A stretch of 63,607 nucleotides of DNA, filler included, from Octopus bimaculoides (GCF_001194135.2; 6 parts of 5 records of this genome joined end to end with filler, not necessarily neighbours in it), one strand, 5' to 3'. Shown: positions 1 through 11,212, counted from the first letter of the whole stretch. The notes: generated by a model not told the origin, from the sequence alone. Made by a program: numbers and translations.

Positions 1-160
1 TTTACTTGTTTCAGTCATTCGGCTGCAGCCATGCTGAAGTGTGGCTGACCAGGTCAGCTGGAGGAGATGTCCTCCTGGGGCTAAAAGCAACAGTAACATC
101 CACCCCTAGGGGTCAGCCACACTTCAGCATGGCTGCAGCCGAATGACTGAAACAAGTAAA
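1..160. repeat. Perfect 50-bp inverted repeat (1-50 / 111-160) around a 60-bp spacer; deleted foldback-element core flanked by inverted SINE tails
   Basis: The reverse complement of 1-50 equals 111-160 base for base. Positions 57-134 match the right arm of the foldback at 23568-23667. The outer 36 bp of each arm are the family-A SINE 3' tail. Confidence 0.95.
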
Positions 161-185
161 GGAACAAAAAAGAACATTCATTCTT

Positions 186-649
186 TTATTCTTTTATCCT
201 TTTACTTGTTTCAATCATTTGACTGCGGCCATGCTGGAGCACCGCCTTTAGTCAAACAAATCGACCCCGGGGCTTATTCTTAGTACTTATTCTATTGGTC
301 TCTTTTGCCGAACCGCTAATTAACGGAGATGTAAAATCACCAGCATCAGTTGTCAAGTGATGTTGGAGGCACAAACACAGACACACAAACATATACACAC
401 ACATACATATATACATATATATACATATATACGACGGGCTTCTTTGAGTTTCCGTCTACCAAATCCACTCACAAGGCTTTGGTCGGTCCGAGGCTNNNNN
501 NNNNNCGGGCTTCTTTGAGTTTCCGTCTACCAAATCCACTCACAAGGCTTTGGTCGGTCCGAGGCTATAGTAGAAGACCCTTGCCCAAAGTGTCACGCAG
601 TGGGACTGAACCCGGAACCATGTGGTTGGTAAGCAAGTTACTTACCACA
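186..649 (-). mobile_element. tRNA-derived SINE family A (OR-type CORE-like SINE with internal microsatellite), extreme 5' end lost
   Basis: On the minus strand: B-box-like GGTTCAGTCCC, CORE-like TTGGGCAAG segment, internal (TA/TG)n, tail ...CAGCATGGCCGCAGTC...GAAACAAGTAAA. Matches 13 other copies in the window. Confidence 0.9.
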
Positions 650-736
650 GACAGACAGAGATGTATGTACATATACATACATTGACGCACGCACAGACGA
701 GTACATACGTGTCATACTTCAGTCTTTGCTTCTACT

Positions 737-1080
737 GAGACCCCCACCTCTTCGGTCATGACTGACCATGAGATTGCACCTAGAAAGTTACCCTCCCAAG
801 CACAAGTTTGGGTAAGGTTGTTTATGGGAGACCAGCAGTCGCCCATGCATACTGGCCTCCCCACTCTGTGCCGCCAGTGTTATCCAAGGGAAAGGCAAAA
901 GACCAATGCAGCTTGGCACCAGTGACGTCGCAACTCATTTCTACAGCTGAGTGAACTGGAGCAACGTGAAATAAAGTGTCTTGTTAAAAAAAAGATACAC
1001 AACATGTAGGCCGGTCTGGGATTCGAACTCGCTACCTCACGATTGTAAGCTCGACGCTCAAACCGCTGAGCCATGCGCCT
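737..1080 (-). mobile_element. tRNA-derived SINE family D, full length, 10-bp TSD
   Basis: Minus-strand head AGGCGCATGGCTCAGCGG...GAGTTCGAATCCC (A and B boxes), body AAGACACTTTATTTCACGTTGCTCCAG, tail GGTCAGTCATGACCGAAG. TSD TTTGCTTCTA at 725-734 and 1083-1092. Second copy at 62955-63161. Confidence 0.88.
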
Positions 1081-1362
1081 TGTTTGCTTCTATTCCATAC
1101 CAAAANNNNNNNNNNTTTATTAATTTAATTGATATAGTTTTTTGTTAAATTATTTCAACACACGTATTATTTCAACACACGTATCCACATCAAGAATCTT
1201 GCACACGAAATACACATACGAAATATAGGGAGTATTTTGACGGAAGGGCATTTTCTATGGAAACCATAGTACTGAGTTTCAATTAGTCATAATGTCGTTG
1301 AGGCAAAGATGTTGGCAGTGACGTTGGTGGTTGTGCTGACGGGGAGATGACATGTTTATTGA

Positions 1363-1558
1363 GGGCGTGTGGGGGAGGACAGAATTGTGTAGTACCGATC
1401 ATTGTTGGGCGTGGGGGGAGGCCAGAATTGTGTAGTACCGATCATTGTTGGGCGTGTGGGGGAGGCCAGAATTGTGTAGTACCGATCATTGTTGGGCGTG
1501 GGGCGGGGAGGCCAGAATTGTGTAGTACCGAACGTTGTTGGGCGTGGTGGGCGTGCCC
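1363..1558. repeat. G-rich minisatellite, 4 units of 43-46 bp plus a partial unit
   Basis: Unit GGGCGTG(T/G)GGGGGAGGCCAGAATTGTGTAGTACCGATCATTGTT starts at 1363, 1407, 1450 and 1494. Confidence 0.95.
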
Positions 1559-1659
1559 ATGCCACCAGTCTGGGGTGCGGCTTCACAGCATCTCTGTATT
1601 TGAAATTATTAAAAATGAATTAGAACTTAATACAGTATAGAGAGAAAGAAGTTCCTACA

Positions 1660-2225
1660 CGTGTATGTATTTGTTTGTACGTGTGTGCGTGCGTATGTGT
1701 GAGTGTGTGTGTGTGTGTGTGTGAGTATGTGTATGTGTGTGTATATACATAAAAATACATATATACATATGTACATGTATGTCTCTGTGTCTGTCTGTAT
1801 GTACGTATGTATGTATGTATATATGTATGAATGTACGTGTGTGTATGTATGTATGTATGTATGGATGCATGTATGCATGTATGTATGTATGTATGCATGT
1901 ATGTATGTATATATGTATGTATGTATGTATGTATATATGTATGTATATATGTATGTATGTATATATGTGTGTGTCTACGTATGTACGTNNNNNNNNNNTA
2001 TGTATGTATATATGTATGTATGTATATATGTGTGTGTCTACGTATGTACGTATGTATATATGTATGTATGTATGTATATATGTATGTATGTAAGTATGTA
2101 TGTATGTATGTATATGTATGCATGCATGTATGTATGTATGTATGTATGCATGTATTATGTACGTATGTGTATGCTGTGTGTGTGTATGTATGAGTGTGTG
2201 TAGCATGTATATGTATGTATGTTGC
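1660..2225. repeat. Compound (TG)n/(TATG)n microsatellite
   Basis: Direct reading. It generates the HT/YI/CV pseudo-ORFs. Confidence 0.95.
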
Positions 2226-2466
2226 TGAAGAGGAGACAACTCCGAAATGCATGCATCCAACGATCTGGTTAGGGGTTGCTGTGAATTAATTCGGTGTATT
2301 TATACCTATTTGTCTGCTGCGAGAAATTTTCTCTGTGCCAAAATATTATGAATGGTTTTGTTACGTGTTCGAATATGACTCAAACATATTTGAACTGGTA
2401 AGAATCTTGTATTTATTCGCTTCAATCATTAGCTGTCACTCCGTATGCACCTACGCACATATGTAC

Positions 2467-2524
<58 letters not shown>

Positions 2525-2585
2525 TCACTCACTCACATATATGTGTGTGTGTGCGTGTGTGTGTATATATATGTATGTATGCATA

Positions 2586-3037
2586 CACACACGCATGCAT
2601 GAGGCACATATGTCGATGAGTCCCTACCGCCCAGTTGACTCTTTTCCTATACATGAGGCACCCTCTTCGTCNNNNNNNNNNNNNNNNNNNNNNNNNNNNN
2701 NNNNNNNNNNNNNNNNNNNNNNNNNNNNCATGAGGCTCTTCGTCGATGAATCTCTACCGCTCAGTTGACTCTTTTCCTATACATGAGGCACCCTCTTCGT
2801 CGATGAATCTCTTCCACCCAGTTGACTATTTTCCTATACATGAGGCACACACGCATGCATGAGGCACATATGTCGATGAGTCTCTACCGCCCAGTTGACT
2901 CTTTTCCTATACATGAGGCACCCTCTTCGTCAATGAATCTCTTCCACCCAGTTGACTCTTTTCCTATACATGAGGCACACACGCATGCATGAGGCACATA
3001 TGTCCATGAGTCTCTACCGCCAAGTTGACTCTTTTCC
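2586..3037. repeat. Composite satellite with alternating related subunits (130-bp higher-order period)
   Basis: Subunits begin CATGAGGCAC and end GTTGACTCTTTTCCTATA. The CATGAGGCACACACGCATG leader recurs at 2839 and 2969. One 58-N gap lies inside. Confidence 0.9.
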
Positions 3038-4256
3038 CGCAAATTCCCGCCTACCCGTGACCCTGCACCTTCACCACCTTCACCACCATCGCCACCATCA
3101 CAACTACCCAACACAACCAGTGTCATCATCTTTCTTCTTCCTTTCCTTTTTTTCATCGTCCANNNNNNNNNNNNNNNNNNNNNNNNNNNNNNNNNNNNNN
3201 NNNNNNNNNNNNNNNNNNNNNNNNNNNNNNNNNNNNNNNNNNNNNNNNNNNNNNNNNNNNNNNNNNNNNNNNNNNNNNNNNNNNNNNNNNNNNNNNNNNN
3301 NNNNNNNNNNNNNNNNNNNNNNNNNNNNNNNNNNNNNNNNNNNNNNNNNNNNNNNNNNNNNNNNNNNNNNNNNNNNNNNNNNNNNNNNNNNNNNNNNNNN
3401 NNNNNNNNNNNNNNNNNNNNNNNNNNNNNNNNNNNNNNNNNNNNNNNNNNNNNNNNNNNNNNNNNNNNNNNNNNNNNNNNNNNNNNNNNNNNNNNNNNNN
3501 NNNNNNNNNNNNNNNNNNNNNNNNNNNNNNNNNNNNNNNNNNNNNNNNNNNNNNNNNNNNNNNNNNNNNNNNNNNNNNNNNNNNNNNNNNNNNNNNNNNN
3601 NNNNNNNNNNNNNNNNNNNNNNNNNNNNNNNNNNNNNNNNNNNNNNNNNNNNNNNNNNNNNNNNNNNNNNNNNNNNNNNNNNNNNNNNNNNNNNNNNNNN
3701 NNNNNNNNNNNNNNNNNNNNNNNNNNNNNNNNNNNNNNNNNNNNNNNNNNNNNNNNNNNNNNNNNNNNNNNNNNNNNNNNNNNNNNNNNNNNNNNNNNNN
3801 NNNNNNNNNNNNNNNNNNNNNNNNNNNNNNNNNNNNNNNNNNNNNNNNNNNNNNNNNNNNNNNNNNNNCATTCACAATCATACACGAACATACATACAGC
3901 TACATATATAAACATGTCCACAAGGGCATGCACGTGCACACACACACGCATACGCATACGCACACGCACGCTTTCTCCGCCGTCACATCTAATAATCCCG
4001 CCCCTCTCTACGAGGGCCCACGATCAAGCACCTTCCAACAGCTCCCTCGACACGCTGGCTCGGGTTCATCGCCTGCCGTCGATGCCCCCCCCTTCTCGCT
4101 GCTGTTATTATTGTTGCTGGTTTTGCTCACGTTGACAACATACACACGTGTCCACCGTCGAATTTCAAGATATTCAACGTAAGGAAACTACTTTACAAAT
4201 AAACGTCTTAGGTTCTAACTCCCTTCAGGTGACTACCATGTGTATGTGTGTAAGTG

Positions 4257-4288
<32 letters not shown>

Positions 4289-4420
4289 GTATATATATAT
4301 ATACATATATATATACATATATATACACACATAAACATGTACACAGTCCGATGTATATACATAAACATAGGTCTATCTATCTATCTATCTATCAATCTAT
4401 CTATTTATCTATCTATCTAT

Positions 4421-4575
4421 TCAAGATAAAAGACTTAATCGGCAGCATGGAGTTCTGCTGCGCAACAACGCCCGCCTTCATATCGCCAATATGACCAAGG
4501 AAGCCATTCAAATGCATGGCTGGGAAGTGCTTTCCTATACTCTCCTGATTTGGCACCAACGGATTTCCACCTCTT
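4421..4575 (+). mobile_element. Mariner transposase internal fragment, same family as 8272-9205
   Basis: Near-identical to about 8788-8950 (TTCAAGATAAAAGAC...GATTTCCACCTCTT), with a small deletion before the YSPDLAPTDFHL motif. Confidence 0.9.
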
Positions 4576-4777
4576 GGCTAAAGCACTTCATTTCACATTG
4601 CTCTGTGATCATTTCATGAATGCACACCTGTACTGGTAATGTCGATTCGATGCAGGGAATGAGATTAAGTGAAGACAAACATTTGACCACTCTAAACAAA
4701 TCATATGTCCGCTTGTTCGGCAAGAAATTGCCGAGCCCTCATACGTTGTCTAACGACGGGAGAGTCCATGACATATA

Positions 4778-4977
4778 CTCTTTTACTCTTTTACTTGTTT
4801 CAGTCATTTGACTGCGACCATGCTGGAGCACCGCCTTTAGTCGAGCAAATCGACCCCAGGACTTATTCCTTGTAAGCCTAGTACTTATTCTATTGTCCAT
4901 TTTGCCGAACCGCTAAGTTACGGGGATATAAACACACCAGCATCGGTTGTCAAGCAATGCTAGGGAGACAAACACAG

Positions 4978-5039
<62 letters not shown>

Positions 5040-5187
5040 NNNNNNNNNNNNNNNNNNNNNNNNNNNNNNNNNNNNNNNNNNNAGGCTATAGTAGACGACA
5101 CTTGGCCAAGTTGCCACGCAGTGGGAATGAACCCGGGACCATGTGGTTGGTAAGCAAGCTACTTACCACACAGCCACTCCTGCGCCT
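4778..5187 (-). mobile_element. SINE family A, full length with internal gap
   Basis: Minus-strand head AGGCGCAGGAGTGGCTGTGTGGTAAG and tail GAAACAAGTAAAAGAGTAAAAGAG. Confidence 0.93.
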
Positions 5188-5284
5188 ATATATATATACT
5201 CGTTTATATACGCATTTAAAAACATTTTTATGCGTAAATATAAACATTATCTATTTTTCTGTTTCCCTCTTCCCCATCTTCTCC

Positions 5285-5339
<55 letters not shown>

Positions 5340-5569
5340 TTCTTTTCCTCTCTGTGTGTTTATATACCTATTAAAGTTATGCCAAGTGTATATCATAATA
5401 CCATTCATTTACCGAAAAAAAAAAACTGCACAACATATAAAACGATGTACCTGATACTGTTTTATTAGCCAAAACATCCAAAAGACATAAAAACATAAAA
5501 GCCAACTGAAGCATTGATATTTATCGGTAGTTACCGTTTCTAATAGTATTTAAGATGTTTTATAATATA

Positions 5570-5835
5570 CGAGAGTTGTACCGAAACTCATGTAAAAGTT
5601 AGTATAGCTTTTTATTATCTGACATACGTCGTTGAAATTGCGCATATTGGTAGATTTACTCGTTCACTATAATAACTCTTCTGCCTGTTCTTCGTTGCAG
5701 GCAAATAATGGATTTTCAAGCAGAAGAATCGTAACGTTATAGAGTTCTTGATACGGAGGACTGTAATCTGCTCAATATCAACCGACGGTTAAATATCGTT
5801 TAAAGAGTCGAGACCATTGACAAGATCAAATAAGT
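5570..5835 (+). mobile_element. Degenerate mariner 5' end (TIR start plus N-terminal HTH)
   Basis: TA|CGAGAGTTG terminus resembles the TA|CGAGAG start at 32283. Frameshifted translation from 5708 reads FKQKNRNVIEFL / EDCNLLNINRRLNIV*RVETID, similar to mariner 'QRAVIEFL..EG....IHRRL..VYG..TID'. Confidence 0.55.
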
Positions 5836-6049
5836 GCTTCCTATGTATACTCTAGCTTGATGTTTGTCGTTTGCCACACTGCATTTATAGATTACGTTTT
5901 TACGTAAACAGAAACCAGCGCGCAGGCATAATTCAGGGGCCCTGCAATTACAAATTTATGTATTCTTATCTATTATTGTTTTATTAATATTATTTGGACT
6001 TATGTGGGGTGTCTTATGGTGATCTACGTTTTTAGTTATTTGGAGTTGG

Positions 6050-6400
6050 ATTATATTTCTGTTTGTAGATGCGATAATCAAACCCAAATTAGGTGTGGTA
6101 GAGTAAGATAATTTTATAGAGTGTTTATTAAATATAGGATAATATTTGTGGTACTTAGGAAAATTTGGTTTCAGAAATTTGAAGAATGGTTTCGGTAAAT
6201 TTTTGACTCTGAAAGAAAATGGAAAGGTGGGGGCGAACCAAATAATTTCTCTTTTTCTAGATTTAGAGTGTGTTACCGCATTAGTGTGTTCAGATATAGA
6301 GGGACTATATTACTAAAATGTCCATTATAAAATTTAGTACGGTTAACAAAAGGTTTTCTTATAGGTTTATAATTTAAAGAAGAGATCGTTTTAGTCATAT
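6050..6400 (-). mobile_element. Penelope-like element relic (RT-to-endonuclease linker)
   Basis: Manual minus-strand translation: SRKREIIWFAPTF, then after a frameshift NFPKYHKYYPIFNKHSIKLSYSTTPNLGLIIASTN. This matches the PLE linker pattern RKR.IIWFNPPF...FP..HK...IFN..TIK.SYS..PN...II..HN as I recall it. Confidence 0.75.
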
Positions 6401-6871
6401 CAGAGTTAATGTCAGATGTTAGATTAGCTAATTAAAAAGGAATTTTATTAATGACTTCTTACGCATATACACACACACTCACACACACGCTATCGCGTGC
6501 GAACTCACTGGCCGTCCGTATTCTACTCTTCACGACATTCGGAAAATCGGAACCGTCATGCTTAGTAACCCTTCGTAAAGTTTTCAGCCGCCTTTAAGCT
6601 CCAATCTAACCCCCCANNNNNNNNNNNNNNNNNNNNNNNNNNNNNNNNNNNNNNNNNNNNNNNNNNNNNNNNNNNNNNNNNNNNNNNNNNNNNNNNNNNN
6701 NNNNNNNNNNNNNNNNNNNNNNNNNNNNNNNNNNNNNNNNNNNNNNNNNNNNNNNNNNNNNNNNNNNNNNNNNNNNNNNNNNNNNNNNNNNNNNNNNNNN
6801 NNNNNNNNNNNNNNNNNNNNNNNNNNNNNNNNNNNNNNNNNNNNNNNNNNNNNNNNNNNNNNGTGTGTGTG

Positions 6872-6905
<34 letters not shown>

Positions 6906-6914
6906 TAAAAATTG

Positions 6915-6959
<45 letters not shown>

Positions 6960-7012
6960 GTAGGTACGTAGGTAGGTAGGTAGGTAGGTAGGTAGGTAGG
7001 TAGGTAGGTACC

Positions 7013-7062
<50 letters not shown>

Positions 7063-7732
7063 CGTGCATACACATTTACATACGTATGTGACAATGTCCG
7101 TACCTGTATGTATGCGTACGTGTGTGTGTATGTATATGCGTATGTGCGCTTTGCATGTGTGGCAATCAAGAAAATCAACATAAAGGCTCAACACCAGCAG
7201 TCTAATCGATAGTATCATTCCCCTTTGTATTATTATCGCTTTAAATAAGAACATAATTGCATTAATACGCATTATTATATGAATCTATTATTATTCTAGT
7301 TAATAAAAGGCTTCTGTAATAATATTTGGTCAATTGTGTGTTTATGTGTTTGTGCTTGAATGTCTTGACGATGCATGGACCATTTTGTGCGTGCATTTAT
7401 AAGCTCTAAAAACAGTAATTGTTTGTATATGCACATCTACACTACATCACAAAAATATTATGCATAAGCAAACATCATACATACGTATATACATACAGAC
7501 GTTAGGAACGCAGGAGGTTTTATGTCTATGTATTGTGAGAATATGGCTGCGTGTATTTTTTTATCGTTTATATTTTTTCTACCAATTACAGTAACTTCCC
7601 TTTTATTCAACGGTCTTTTTCCATATTGCTATTAATAGCCGATGAAAATGCATCGTAGCTCTTAGCTCCGGCATTTGAAACTCCGAGTACTATTATGACA
7701 ACTTACTGATTGCCCTAAACTATATATACATG

Positions 7733-7780
<48 letters not shown>

Positions 7781-8271
7781 NNNNNNNNNNNNNNNNNNNN
7801 NNNNNNNNNNNNNNNNNNNNNNNNNNNNNNNNNNNNNNNNNNNNNNNNNNNNNNNNNNNNNNNNNNNNNNNNNNNNNNNNNNNNNNNNNNNNNNNNNNNN
7901 NNNNNNNNNNNNNNNNNNNNNNNNNNNNNNNNNNNNNNNNNNNNNNNNNNNNNNNNNNNNNNNNNNNNNNNNNNNNNNNNNNNNNNNNNNNNNNNNNNNN
8001 NNNNNNNNNNNNNNNNNNNNNNNNNNNNNNNNNNNNNNNNNNNNNNNNNNNNNNNNNNNNNNNNNNNNNNNNNNNNNNNNNNNNNNNNNNNNNNNNNNNN
8101 NNNNNNNNNNNNNNNNNNNNNNNNNNNNNNNNNNNNNNNNNNNNNNNNNNNNNNNNNNNNNNNNNNNNNNNNNNNNNNNNNNNNNNNNNNNNNNNNNNNN
8201 NNNNNNNNNNNNNNNNNNNNNNNNNNNNNNNNNNNNNNNNNNNNNNNNNNNNNNNNNNNNNNNNNNNNNNN

Positions 8272-9205
8272 GCACCTCGTTCTGGCCGTCCACTTGAGTT
8301 CGATGAAGAGCGATTAAGCCAACTTTTGCACGAAAAGTCTCGTCGTACGACAAGGGAACTGGCAGAGAAAATGCAATGCACCGACACTGCTATCGAGAAG
8401 CATCTTCACTCGATGGGAAAGGTTCAGAAGTATGGAGCATGGGTTCCGCATGCTTTAAGTGACAACAATAAAAATCAGCGAGCAACAATCTCCGCTGGTT
8501 TGCTTGCTCGTCAACGCTCAACTCATGGACACAAGCAACGATTTCTTTACTGAATCGTTACTGGCGACGAAAAATGATGCCTGTACATCAATATGAAGCA
8601 GTGTAAGGAATGGCTTAGTCCCGGTAAACAATCGACACCGCGCGTGAAACAAGATCTTAATAAGCGTAAAACAATTTTGTGCGTATGGTGGGACTGGGAA
8701 GGGATTATCCATTACGAATTGCTTGAACGGAACCAAACGGTCAACGCAGAATTCTATGTTCAACTGATGGAACGACTCAACACCGCTATTCAAGATAAAA
8801 GACCTAATCGGCAGCATGGAGTTCTGCTGCGCAGCAACGCTCGCCCTCATATCGCCAATATGACCAAGAAAGCCATTCAAACGCATGGCTGGGAAGTTCT
8901 GCTACACCCGCCGTATTCTCCTGATTTGGCACCAACGGATTTCCACCTCTTTCGGTCTCTTTCAAATGCTATGCGCGGTGTTTCGTTCAATACTGATGCA
9001 GAATTGAGAGCTTGGTTGGATCAATTTTCGAGTCGAAATCAGGTGATTTCTACCAACGAGGTATTGAAAATCTTGTTGAACGTTGGGAAGAAGTTGTAAA
9101 CAACAAGGGTGAATACATTATTGATTAATTAGTTGTTATTTTTTATTAAACCTTTTAAAAAATTTATATTTAAAAAAGCGGCGGGAACTTAGTTACCAAC
9201 CTAAT
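8272..9205 (+). mobile_element. Mariner (D,D34D) transposon, inactive; 5' part lies in the gap 7781-8271
   Basis: Motifs PRSGRP, WVPHAL, IVTGDEK, SNARPH, YSPDLAPTDFHLF and terminal KGEYIID* (stop 9126-9128). Two in-frame TGA stops, catalytic D2 mutated to S, and a frameshift near the C-terminus. 3' TIR ...GGGAACTTAGTTACCAACCTAA ends at 9204. Confidence 0.97.
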
Positions 9206-9654
9206 NNNNNNNNNNNNNNNNNNNNNNNNNNNNNNNNNNNNNNNNNNNNNNNNNNNNNNNNNNNNNNNNNNNNNNNNNNNNNNNNNNNNNNNNNNNNNNN
9301 NNNNNNNNNNNNNNNNNNNNNNNNNNNNNNNNNNNNNNNNNNNNNNNNNNNNNNNNNNNNNNNNNNNNNNNNNNNNNNNNNNNNNNNNNNNNNNNNNNNN
9401 NNNNNNNNNNNNNNNNNNNNNNNNNNNNNNNNNNNNNNNNNNNNNNNNNNNNNNNNNNNNNNNNNNNNNNNNNNNNNNNNNNNNNNNNNNNNNNNNNNNN
9501 NNNNNNNNNNNNNNNNNNNNNNNNNNNNNNNNNNNNNNNNNNNNNNNNNNNNNNNNNNNNNNNNNNNNNNNNNNNNNNNNNNCCTCCCCCAGGTCACGTC
9601 CAACACGCATAAAATGAAAGAATATTATAGTCGTAATAAATGAAGTTTGCAAGG

Positions 9655-9769
9655 ATCATCACGATCATTATCATTATCACCATCGTCATAGTCGTCGTGG
9701 TCGTCGTGGTCGTCTACGTCGTCGTTGTCTCGTTGTCATCGTCGTTGTCATCGTCACCATCATCGTCGT

Positions 9770-9819
<50 letters not shown>

Positions 9820-9890
9820 CTATCCTTGTCGTCATTATCATCACAAAGTCATTATCATTACTAGCATCATTATTATCAACCTACTATACT
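9655..9890. repeat. (CAT)n/(CGT)n trinucleotide low-complexity tract
   Basis: Direct reading. Confidence 0.9.
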
Positions 9891-10169
9891 TATAATGATT
9901 CCCCACAACGATCCCATTAAATGTGAATCTCAGCATTATCACTCGGCCTGTTTCAAATAGCATGCAAATATCTTGCAGCAATTTAGAATGTATGGAGATA
10001 GAGAGAGAGAGATCATCATCCGTTCTTTGCTAAAAATCCTGTCTCGTTTATAAAGAACAAACAGTTTCGTTCGACGTCAGCACGAAGTTATTTGAAGAGC
10101 AAATAAATGCGATCCTGTTGGTTTGAATAACAAAACAAAATAAAAAAATCTGAATAGAAGAATTACCAG

Positions 10170-11170
10170 AATAAATTGAGGTTTTTATAGAGATGATGGG
10201 TTCGCTACATCCCAGCACAGTACTTCAATTTGTTACTGACATTCAGAGGAAATCTAAGTGAAGCATTGAATTGTTAGAGCCTGAAAATAATCCATTATTC
10301 CCTAGAGGTTACTCTGGGCTAAGGCATTGACAAATACAAAGGATAATTACAAATCATATAATATACCTAATGAAGAATACTTTTTAACACAGAATACTGC
10401 GATCTGTCCATGATTTACGGAATATAATATTTAATAATATATGTAGAAGAATCTCTAACTTGACATCCAATGAAATTTCCGAGTGTTGTTCCCCACTACT
10501 ACTACTACTATTACTACAATGAGGCACTGAGAAGCTGGTCGGTTCAAGAACGATACCAAATACGTCATTAACTTCCCACCATATATTAGTAAGACAAGGT
10601 ACCATGATAGCTGGTTCACACTTTTCTTCTCTTTACAGTTTACCTAAACACTTCGTAAACTCAAATAAGCATTTCTCATCAAGCAATGTTGCATGTCATA
10701 ATCTAATGGAAATAATCTAAAACTTAACAACAGTTCCATCACTTCTTTGAAAACTCTGATAACTGGACATTCAACTAAAACAACTGAAACTAATTTAACA
10801 TGCAATATGCATCAGCTAAGCAATTCCAAAATGATAAACTACGAACCAGAAATCCTTCCCATTAAGTGTAATCTAAATATCGCACGGAAGTATACTGACG
10901 GAAATATTTAAATATAGTTACTACAACCACTCGTATTCTTTTAGAGATATGTATAAAAAAACAAGAGGGAATGCAAACAGACGCTAATTACATGAGAAAT
11001 TTGAGAAAAGTAGCTCTTCGTTCCAATATGGCAGATCTCCAAAGAACAATATTACGAATAAATATTAGGATAACCACTGTTGGAAAAGTACTCACACTCT
11101 AAAACACCGAATAATTTAGATGCTAGATCAGAGATTTTTAACAAATGTTTTCGCATCGATAAGCAACGGC
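10170..11170 (+). mobile_element. Highly decayed Penelope-like element: RT catalytic motif, thumb, linker and GIY-YIG endonuclease
   Basis: Manual translation gives collinear fragments in the expected order: GFYRDDGFA (10180-10206), SLEVTLG, KSYNIPNEE, ICRRISNLTSNE, NFPPY, FKYSYYNHSYSFRD, LLEKY and LDARSEIFNKCF. Confidence 0.75.
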
Positions 11171-11212
11171 AGAAACAAATCTATAGTTTAACAATTTCAC
11201 TGTACTATTTTC

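Noticed and set aside
433-568. Exact ~60-bp tandem duplication inside a SINE (similar cases at about 1989-1998 and 62417-62426)
   Set aside because: The copies flank a 10-N gap and are identical, the signature of unmerged overlapping contig ends.
1363-1558. CRISPR-like array
   Set aside because: The units are contiguous with no unique spacers, there are no cas genes, and the context is eukaryotic.
2586-3037. Tandem hammerhead ribozyme array (GATGAGTC...GAC)
   Set aside because: It lacks the CTGAnGA and GAAA catalytic core in the correct arrangement on either strand.
6490-6616. CpG-rich patch with a perfect minus-strand GTGAGT donor (6508-6503) and a short open frame
   Set aside because: A 6-mer donor is expected many times by chance in this length, the acceptor is weak and the peptide is unrecognisable.
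8593-9099. Domesticated or active transposase (SETMAR-like) gene
   Set aside because: Upstream in-frame stops, mutated catalytic Asp, C-terminal frameshift and a retained TIR indicate a dead transposon copy.
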